Below, piece after piece: positions 47,083 through 54,090 of a stretch of DNA of 54,090 nt. Below the pieces are notes generated by a model that was given only the letters and a program-made list of their open reading frames with translations, ran no database searches and was not told the origin of the DNA. The stretch comes from a virus (Duplodnaviria > Caudoviricetes): the IMG/VR virus record IMGVR_UViG_3300048011_000746, positions 1-54,090 of that record. One strand, written 5' to 3'. Each line of letters opens with the position of its first letter. The stretch's first letter is position 1. The position numbers and the translations under genes were made by a program.

Positions 47083-47456
47083 ACAATTTTGTCGGTAATA
47101 GTGTCTGCTTTGATTGCTTGTTCTGCTGCGATAGTAAATTGATTTAGATTGTTGGCACCTTTTACAGCAACTTTAACAGCTTGCTGGAAATCATCTTTTT
47201 TAAGTGCAGATGCTGCCAACATGTTTTCAGGTTGTACTTTGCCAATGGTCAACAAATCTGCTGCCATAATGTTGCCGAGTTTTTGCACCCAATGATGACG
47301 TTCGTCGTCCTCTGGGATGTCCATTGCATCAATAGCTTCTTTCACTTCTGCTTCTAGTTCACTATCCATTAAAATAGTATCTAGTGTAGAACGTTTACGT
47401 GCTTTTGTATAGTCTTGTGCTAAGTCAATGTTAATGACTTCAAAAAGTGTCTTCAT
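47079..47456 (-). CDS. Helical hypothetical protein (possible fibre assembly or adaptor factor)
   Basis: 125 aa with an AGGAG RBS; coupled to the GT gene. Confidence 0.7.
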   Translation of the reverse strand: MKTLFEVINIDLAQDYTKARKRSTLDTILMDSELEAEVKEAIDAMDIPEDDERHHWVQKLGNIMAADLLTIGKVQPENMLAASALKKDDFQQAVKVAVKGANNLNQFTIAAEQAIKADTITDKIV

Positions 47457-47471
47457 AGTATTATGCTCCTG

Positions 47472-47642
47472 TTATGTTCCTTGGCCGCCAAATGTAGAAC
47501 TCATATTAATTGTTGTTCCACTAGCAATGCCCAAATAAGTCCCAAGAGTTCCGAGAACAAACGTACTGGTTTGTCCTTCACCAACAAAATAATTGTTGAT
47601 TTGTGTCATTGTAACTGCTGCGCCTGTATCAGGTATTGCCAT
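47472..47642 (-). CDS. 56-aa Thr/Gly/Ser-rich protein MAIPDTGAAVTMTQINNYFVGEGQTSTFVLGTLGTYLGIASGTTINMSSTFGGQGT
   Basis: Missed by the ORF track and read by hand. It has an AGGA RBS and its own promoter, and resembles the short MA.P..G..I.M..I...F...I..S.F.G module seen after tail fibres. Confidence 0.8.
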   Translation of the reverse strand: MAIPDTGAAVTMTQINNYFVGEGQTSTFVLGTLGTYLGIASGTTINMSSTFGGQGT

Positions 47643-47661
47643 CTTCGGTCCTATTTTATTT

Positions 47662-47690
47662 AATATAGCATATTATTTACATACTGTCAA
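47662..47690 (-). promoter_or_regulatory. Sigma70-type promoter with an embedded TAAATA box, driving the peptide-GT operon
   Basis: TTGACA-gtatgTAAATAatatgc-TATATT with a 17-nt spacer. Confidence 0.7.
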
Positions 47691-47693
47691 CGA

Positions 47694-47717
47694 TAAGAGC
47701 CGCAATTGCGGCTCTTA
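47694..47717 (-). terminator. Perfect 24-bp palindrome/hairpin after the tail fibre gene
   Basis: TAAGAGCCGCAATTGCGGCTCTTA. Confidence 0.65.
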
Positions 47718-47725
47718 CTCTAATA

Positions 47726-50700
47726 TTATTTATCTAGTAGTTTTTGTACCATTTCTTTGAGCTCTGCAATTTCTGCTGCTTGTGCTTCAATCTTTGCATC
47801 TTGCTCTTTGATAGCTTCGATAAACAGCGGTGCTAGTTTTTCGTACTTGACAGTCAAGTAGTTTTCACCACTTCTGCTACGCAATTCATGCGAGCCAGTA
47901 GCAACACCGTTTTCGTCTCTGTCCCAATCTGCATCAAACGGAGCAAGAGCAACCGCTTGTGGTAATACTTTTTCAACTTGTTGAGCAAGTACACCAGCTT
48001 CGTCTTTTCTACGTGTTGGGAAGAAGCCTACATCTTCTACCATGTCTTTCCAGTCGTAGAACACACCGTCTAGTGATTTGATTTTTTCTAGTGCGTTGTC
48101 GATTGTACGAACATTTTCTTTTAGACGTTCATCTGACCCATATGCAGTAATCTCTGTACGTGCATTAATACTACCGCCTGTGGTCATGTTGTTGTTGGTT
48201 ACGTTGATTTCTAGTGGCCAACGTCCGTCAACTTGTGCCCAACTTGTACTATCATTACTGCCACGAAGTATGTGGAAGATACCGCTATTTTGGTGTATCA
48301 TACTAACATTAGCATCAGTATCACGCAAGTAGATGGTTGGTGATGCATTTCTAATGTAATGGTTTTGATTTGCAGTAGTTGTACTACGCAAGAAGCCAGT
48401 ACTGTCAATGCCATCTAGTGTGTTTGCATCATCAGCACTAATACCTGTTAGTCCACTACCGTCACCAGTAAACAAGTTACCTGTAATATTACCCGTAATA
48501 TTAATACTACCTGCGCCACTTAGTGTACCGCTGAAGCTGTCGTTTGCGTCACTGCGCAACAAGCTAGCACCCTGAATACCATCAACTGTGTCAGCATTTA
48601 ATCCTGAACTTGGACCGTCATTGCCGGCATGCCAAATTGTATTGCTTTGCCACGTAAATGTAGTACGATTCATTTTTAGCCATTCAGTAAATGCTCCGCC
48701 ACGGTCAACCAAATCGTAATCGCCAAACACAATTGATTCAGTGCCGTTGTCATCCGAAGTTGAAATTCTCAACTCGCCTGCGTTGCTTGCGCCACGCCAT
48801 TCGATGTGTGCATCGTCGCTTGCTGCTTGACCTGGACCAAATTTAATAATATTAACACCCGATGTATTATTAAGTGTCAACTGACCTGTCATTGTACCAC
48901 CAGTTGTTTGGATAAATCCTGTACTATCAATGCCGTCTAGTGTTTCTGCATCAACGTTGGTTAGTCCGCTACCATTACCAGTAAATGTACTTGTGCCAAT
49001 ATTGATATTCCCAAATCCACTGGTAATTTGTCCTGCGTCAAGTGCACCTGTACCAGTGATTCCACTATAGGTTCCACTTAGTCTTGCAGCTGGCAATGTG
49101 CCGCTTCCAATGTTACTTGCATTAAGAGAAGTAAGTCCGCTACCGTTACCAGTAGCAGTGCCACCAAAGTTGATGTTTTTAGCAACACTTAGGCCGCCGC
49201 TTAGTCTTACAGCACCGTTGCTTGTAGTAGTTGCTTCAGTTGTATTACTAAATGTCTTGATGCCGCCCATTGTTTGGTTGCCACCTAGGCGTGCGCCTGC
49301 TACTGTACCAGTAGAAATATTGTTTGCGTTTATGCTAGTGATTCCACTGCCATTACCGGTAAATGTGCTTGTTCCGATATTGATATTGCCAAAGTTGCTT
49401 GTAATATTACCGGCATCCAGTGCACCTGTTCCTGTAATATCCAACTGGTGTTGTGTAATACTACTAGATGCTACCCTTGCATCAGGAACAATACCACTTG
49501 ATAAGTTGGTTGCATTTAGTGCTGTTAATGATGTACCTACACCTGCAAATCCATCTGCGCCACTAAATTGGAATGATGTAGTTGTTACTGCAACATTTAC
49601 ACCTGGAATATCCAGTGTACTGTTGCTTGCATTACCAATTTGTATTGCATTGCTGGTTGTGTTTGTGGCTAGTTCAATGTTGTAACCAATTATAATATTG
49701 TTAGCGCCAGTTGACAACACACTACCACTCTGCGAGCCAACAACAGTGTTGTTGCTTCCTGTAACAATTTCCAATGCCTGGAAGCCGACAGCAGTGTTGT
49801 TGTCGCCCGATGTACTATTAGACATTGTCTGTGCACCAACACTTGTGTTGTTGTCGCCGACACTGGTTCTTTGTTCTTGGCTATCTGCGCCGATCGCAGT
49901 GTTGTTGTTCACGCTGGTTGCAGCACTTAGTGTAGCAAATCCTAGTGCAGTGTTGTTGTCGCCTGATAGTGCACCAGACATCGATGTTCCACCAACACCG
50001 GTGTTGTGACCAGCTGTAGCAGTCAAGTTTTCACCGTGGCCGACCATTAGGTTTGTAGCGCCGCTTGCGCCGCCGCGTCCTACAGTAAAGCCGTGTACTG
50101 TGATATCACTTGTAAATGTTTTGCCTGCTTGACTGGTTGGCAGTCTTGCATCGTTGATTGTTCCGCTGGCCAAGTTAGTGGCATTAATATTGGTAATGCC
50201 GCTGCCGTCGCCTGTGATAACACCGCCAACACGCAAGTTTTTGGCAATGCCTACACCACCGTCAACAATTAATGCGCCACTAGTGGTTGAAGTACTTTGT
50301 GTTACATTGTCAATGTTAACAACTGTACTGCTTGCAAAGTTCATGCTAGAGCCGTTGTCACCGCTGATTGTATCCAATGCCAAACTTCCAACATTGGTAA
50401 TGTTGTTGTCATTAAACGATGTAGCACCTAGGCTTACACTACCTGTTGCTGTTAGGTTGCTTGCACCAATGTCAATGTTGCCAAATCCACTGGTAATGCT
50501 ACCACCGTCTAGTGCGCCGGTGTTTTGTAAACTACTGTTGATAACCGCTGAGCCTAGTGTTGTACTTGAAAGCACACTGAAGTTGTTGATTTTAAACTCT
50601 TTAGCACTTACAAGGTTAATATGCTCGCTACTTGTCCATGCATCAGTAGCATTGATCCAATTCCAAGTGTGATCAGTTGTGCCTTTTAGTGTAATACCGC

Positions 50701-53700
50701 CGCCATCTGCTGTTGTATCTGTAGGAGTATCAACGTTGCCTAGTTCGATGTTTTTGTCTTCAACAGCAAGTGTTGCTGTGTCAATTGTGGTAGTTGTACC
50801 ATTAACTGTCAAATCGCCTGTGATTACAACATCGCCTGCAACATTGGTGTTGCCTGTAGCAAATGCAACAGTAAACTTATTAAGTCCGTCACCGAAAGTT
50901 AAATCTCCAGTTGCGCCAATTTGCATACGCTGTGTTGCCGCAGTATAAAAATCCAGTTGATCGTTGTCAGCACCTGGTGAAGTTTCTGGAGTAATGTATG
51001 TGTCTTGGTCAACATCTTTAACTCCGCCCAGGCTTCCCCATGCTACACCATCGTATCCTTCAAAGGTACTATCGTCTGTGTTGTAACGAATTTGACCTTG
51101 TGCTTCAGTTGGACGCTGTGCAGTTGTACCTACTGGTAATTTAATTGCTGTATCATCAGTAAAGTCTGTGTATCCAGTAATAGTGGTTTTACCTCTAGTA
51201 TCGATACGCAAACGCTCTGTTTGTGTGTGTTGTATATCACTTGTGGTACTTACTTCGCCAGTTGTAATAACAACATCACCGCCTGTGGCATTACCTGTGC
51301 CAGTGCCGCCTTGAATTTTAATTTCACCGCCGCCGACATCAACTCCGATACCGCTTTCACCTCTTAGACGTACATCTTGAGGATCTGCACTTGTAACTGC
51401 ACTACCAAATACTACATCAGTGTTTCTTATCAACATTGAGTTTTCTTTTAGTACTGTGCCTTGCTGAGTTTCGTTTGCTGCTGTTACGTTGGCATCTGTT
51501 CTAATTGTAAAACTCGAAGCATTTTCAGTTGCGCCGCTGACAGGCCATGTACCATCTAAGTTTGTAATTGTACTTAGATTGATTGTGATTTCGTCGCCTG
51601 CTCTAATACCAAGTGTTAGAGGTGAGTATGTAAATGTAATAGCCGTTCCAGTTAATACGTTACCTGTTAAATCTTCACTTAGGAAAATTTCAGTACCAGT
51701 AACACCTGTAACAGTTGTATTAGCAGGAATTGCTCCGCTGCCTTGTACAGTCATACCAAACAAGATTCCTGGTGTGTCAATTTCACTAAACAGCAATACA
51801 TTTTCACCGTTTTGACTTGCTTCTGATGTTGAAATTTCAATTTGTACCAAATTCACTGCAACATCTTGAGATGCTGTGGCTTCAAAGTTATCAACAAATG
51901 CACTTATATCTCTTGCATCGCTATTCTTACCAATTTTAACATTGTCGGCATCGCTGCCGATTTCTAGTGTAGTAACAGCTGAATTGTATACTTGTCCTAA
52001 TGCTGTACTTGTAGATGTAAGTTTAGCACTACCAACATCAAGTCCTTCTGCAAGATCAAGTGCTGTACCCCATTCTGGTGTTTCGCCATTTGACTTTAGG
52101 AATGTGTTGCTTCTGCCAATATTAAGTGTGTTCAAACTACCTGTACTTTGTGCATACAGTGTATCACCTACTGCATATGTACCGATGTTTGTTCCGCCTC
52201 TACTAACAGGAACAAGACTTGTTAAGTTAGCAGGGTTTAGGAAGTATGCACTATCCAACGAGTCTAGTGTACCTGCGTCGACAATACCATCTTTGATAAA
52301 CACTTCGCCTGAGCCGTCATCGGCAACACTGAATTGTGTTTGTAGGAATCTACTTGTTCCTAGGTTTGAGAACGGATTGTTGATATCAGCAGTTGCATTT
52401 GATATACCAATACTAACTGGACTACCATAAAACTCTCCACTGATACTACTACCAGTTAGTGTAATAGGGTTGTCAATTGTTGTTGATTTTTTCAATCTTT
52501 GTACAACAACTTGATAACTACTGTCACCTCTTAGGAATGTGTCAGTGTTGGCTGTACCTGCTGCTGCAAGACGAGATGGCGAAATAGTACCTGAAATAAT
52601 ATTTTCAGCATCAATGTTTGTAACAGCTAGTGTGTTCCAGTTTACTTTAAGTCTACTTGATGTATTAACAACACTGTTAACTTGTACGTTGTTTTGAATA
52701 ATTCTAGCACTACCAACACCGGTACTGTCCAAATCTTTGGCATTTGTTACAAGTCCGTTGGCACTACTCAATGCATCACTGCGCAGTGCGTGTAATGTAA
52801 ATGAGTTTGTTGTTACACTGCCGATAAAGAATCTACTGCCTGGTGCAATCGGATCGTCATCGCCAACAATACTTGGCAACTCGTTTGAAGTTGATCCATC
52901 ACTCAGTGTTTCTATACGAATAGCATCAGCAGGAGCAAATCCATGATTTTCAACAATAATACTGTTGTCAACTAAGTTAACTGTAAATCTTGTAAAGTTA
53001 TGGTTTGTATTTGCCGGGGTACTTGTAAATGTAATTTTTGTTACCAAGGCATAATCAGCATATACTTCAATATCGTTGTCTGTAATGCGTCTAGCATGAT
53101 AAACATTTCCGTTTAACAATCCGCCGATTGCAACGCCACCTAGTGTATCATACAAAATTGGGTCGCCATCGCTTAATCCATGTGACGGAATGTTTATTCT
53201 AGAATTTGTATAATCGACAACACCCGAAGCTTGGTCAGAACCAGCTAAGAAGTTGTGACTTATTTGATCGTCTAGATTAATATCGATTGCGTTTAGTGTT
53301 GCTTGGTTATCTTCAACAAAGTCAACACTCGAAGTACTTGCAATAAACAGCTCTCCGCCGACAATATCAACATAAGCACGTTTTTCAACTGCTGTTACTT
53401 CAAACTCAAAACCGGAGCCTGTGCCGCCAAGGTCACTTGCATTAGCACTTAGTAAATCGCCGACATCGTATCCAATACCGCCAAATGTCATATCAACGTC
53501 AGTAACTTGTCCTGCTGTTATTGTAATGTTGGCTTTTGCTGTTGTGCCTACGCCGGTGTTTGAAATTAGAGAAACATCCGTGTATGTTAGACTTCCGCCA
53601 AGTGGCTGATATCCACTGCCGCCAACTAGGTTTGCACTGTCTACACCAGTTACAACACCGTATCTAGTTTCAGTGATTTTACCTTGAGCATTGCCGTCAG

Positions 53701-54088
53701 CACTGGTTACAATAGTTTCTGCTGTACCTGTTACAGCACTGCTTACAACGTCATCGCCTTCGTTTGCAATAGTAAATGTAGTAGAAGTTGGAGTACTTAG
53801 CACCAGTGCGTTTTCATCAAATGTTGTGTTGCCTGGCACTCGTACTGCAACGTTGTTGTCAACTTCTAAGTTGTGATCGCCTGCTGTGGTAATTGTTGCA
53901 ATATTACTTGTTCGTTCAACATTGGTTACTACTTCTGTTGTAAACACGTATGTGTCGTCATTATCTAGTACAAGGAACTGACTCGAGTTACTGCTGCGCA
54001 AGAAATAGTTGTCAACAATAGCACTGCTAACGCCTTTTGATGCAATGTTCTCGCCTGTGTCAACACCGTTAACAAAAATATTTCCTGC
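47726..54088 (-). CDS. Long tail fibre (over 2100 aa, 5'-truncated) with a C-terminal intramolecular chaperone (peptidase S74-type)
   Basis: G/T/S-rich fibre repeats, NTAVG-type repeats, and SDERLKENV...GVLAQQV...YEKL..L.IEAIKE with a coiled coil. The frame stays open to the window end. Confidence 0.9.
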   Translation of the reverse strand, partial: AGNIFVNGVDTGENIASKGVSSAIVDNYFLRSSNSSQFLVLDNDDTYVFTTEVVTNVERTSNIATITTAGDHNLEVDNNVAVRVPGNTTFDENALVLSTPTSTTFTIANEGDDVVSSAVTGTAETIVTSADGNAQGKITETRYGVVTGVDSANLVGGSGYQPLGGSLTYTDVSLISNTGVGTTAKANITITAGQVTDVDMTFGGIGYDVGDLLSANASDLGGTGSGFEFEVTAVEKRAYVDIVGGELFIASTSSVDFVEDNQATLNAIDINLDDQISHNFLAGSDQASGVVDYTNSRINIPSHGLSDGDPILYDTLGGVAIGGLLNGNVYHARRITDNDIEVYADYALVTKITFTSTPANTNHNFTRFTVNLVDNSIIVENHGFAPADAIRIETLSDGSTSNELPSIVGDDDPIAPGSRFFIGSVTTNSFTLHALRSDALSSANGLVTNAKDLDSTGVGSARIIQNNVQVNSVVNTSSRLKVNWNTLAVTNIDAENIISGTISPSRLAAAGTANTDTFLRGDSSYQVVVQRLKKSTTIDNPITLTGSSISGEFYGSPVSIGISNATADINNPFSNLGTSRFLQTQFSVADDGSGEVFIKDGIVDAGTLDSLDSAYFLNPANLTSLVPVSRGGTNIGTYAVGDTLYAQSTGSLNTLNIGRSNTFLKSNGETPEWGTALDLAEGLDVGSAKLTSTSTALGQVYNSAVTTLEIGSDADNVKIGKNSDARDISAFVDNFEATASQDVAVNLVQIEISTSEASQNGENVLLFSEIDTPGILFGMTVQGSGAIPANTTVTGVTGTEIFLSEDLTGNVLTGTAITFTYSPLTLGIRAGDEITINLSTITNLDGTWPVSGATENASSFTIRTDANVTAANETQQGTVLKENSMLIRNTDVVFGSAVTSADPQDVRLRGESGIGVDVGGGEIKIQGGTGTGNATGGDVVITTGEVSTTSDIQHTQTERLRIDTRGKTTITGYTDFTDDTAIKLPVGTTAQRPTEAQGQIRYNTDDSTFEGYDGVAWGSLGGVKDVDQDTYITPETSPGADNDQLDFYTAATQRMQIGATGDLTFGDGLNKFTVAFATGNTNVAGDVVITGDLTVNGTTTTIDTATLAVEDKNIELGNVDTPTDTTADGGGITLKGTTDHTWNWINATDAWTSSEHINLVSAKEFKINNFSVLSSTTLGSAVINSSLQNTGALDGGSITSGFGNIDIGASNLTATGSVSLGATSFNDNNITNVGSLALDTISGDNGSSMNFASSTVVNIDNVTQSTSTTSGALIVDGGVGIAKNLRVGGVITGDGSGITNINATNLASGTINDARLPTSQAGKTFTSDITVHGFTVGRGGASGATNLMVGHGENLTATAGHNTGVGGTSMSGALSGDNNTALGFATLSAATSVNNNTAIGADSQEQRTSVGDNNTSVGAQTMSNSTSGDNNTAVGFQALEIVTGSNNTVVGSQSGSVLSTGANNIIIGYNIELATNTTSNAIQIGNASNSTLDIPGVNVAVTTTSFQFSGADGFAGVGTSLTALNATNLSSGIVPDARVASSSITQHQLDITGTGALDAGNITSNFGNINIGTSTFTGNGSGITSINANNISTGTVAGARLGGNQTMGGIKTFSNTTEATTTSNGAVRLSGGLSVAKNINFGGTATGNGSGLTSLNASNIGSGTLPAARLSGTYSGITGTGALDAGQITSGFGNINIGTSTFTGNGSGLTNVDAETLDGIDSTGFIQTTGGTMTGQLTLNNTSGVNIIKFGPGQAASDDAHIEWRGASNAGELRISTSDDNGTESIVFGDYDLVDRGGAFTEWLKMNRTTFTWQSNTIWHAGNDGPSSGLNADTVDGIQGASLLRSDANDSFSGTLSGAGSINITGNITGNLFTGDGSGLTGISADDANTLDGIDSTGFLRSTTTANQNHYIRNASPTIYLRDTDANVSMIHQNSGIFHILRGSNDSTSWAQVDGRWPLEINVTNNNMTTGGSINARTEITAYGSDERLKENVRTIDNALEKIKSLDGVFYDWKDMVEDVGFFPTRRKDEAGVLAQQVEKVLPQAVALAPFDADWDRDENGVATGSHELRSRSGENYLTVKYEKLAPLFIEAIKEQDAKIEAQAAEIAELKEMVQKLLDK

Positions 54089-54090
54089 GG

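Noticed and set aside
47463-47663. 66-aa plus-strand ORF in the track
   Set aside because: It is the antisense shadow of the 56-aa minus-strand gene, which has an RBS, a promoter and operon context.
48078-53876. Several long plus-strand ORFs (e.g. 49098-49685, 50154-50672, 51876-52430)
   Set aside because: They are antisense shadows of the tail fibre caused by codon bias; the products are Leu/Pro/Val-rich with no motifs.
1-54090. Stop-codon reassignment, as seen in some large phages
   Set aside because: Core genes are full length in the standard code, and TAA, TAG and TGA all end genes.
1-54090. tRNA or rRNA genes
   Set aside because: Intergenic gaps are very short and I saw no cloverleaf or rRNA-like sequence; tRNAscan-SE would confirm.

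Overview
This 54 kb window is part of a large T4-like (contractile-tailed, probably jumbo) phage genome. It is densely coded in the standard genetic code, mostly on the minus strand. It holds four blocks. (1) Replication and recombination genes: gp41-like helicase, gp61-like primase, putative gp62 and gp59-like proteins, UvsW, UvsY, UvsX and a gp32-like SSB, plus a 186-aa miniature DnaE. (2) A large glycan synthesis and decoration set interleaved with those genes: kdsA, kdsB, three KpsC/KpsS-like proteins, several GT-A glycosyltransferases, a UDP-sugar dehydrogenase and epimerase, APS kinase with an HxGH nucleotidyltransferase, a sulfotransferase, an FkbM methyltransferase and a carbamoyltransferase. 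(3) Packaging and morphogenesis genes: terminase, gp4, tail tube, tail sheath and neck gp13/14/15. (4) A very long tail fibre, truncated by the window edge, followed by a separately promoted four-gene operon: a 56-aa peptide, a helical protein, a glycosyltransferase, and a 1268-aa protein of about 9-10 degenerate GT-A repeats ending in one intact GT-A domain. The best candidates for undescribed biology are that operon, the Kdo/sulfate glycosylation machinery, the mini-DnaE and a recurrent leaderless promoter layout. All product calls come from motif recognition by eye; no database searches were run.
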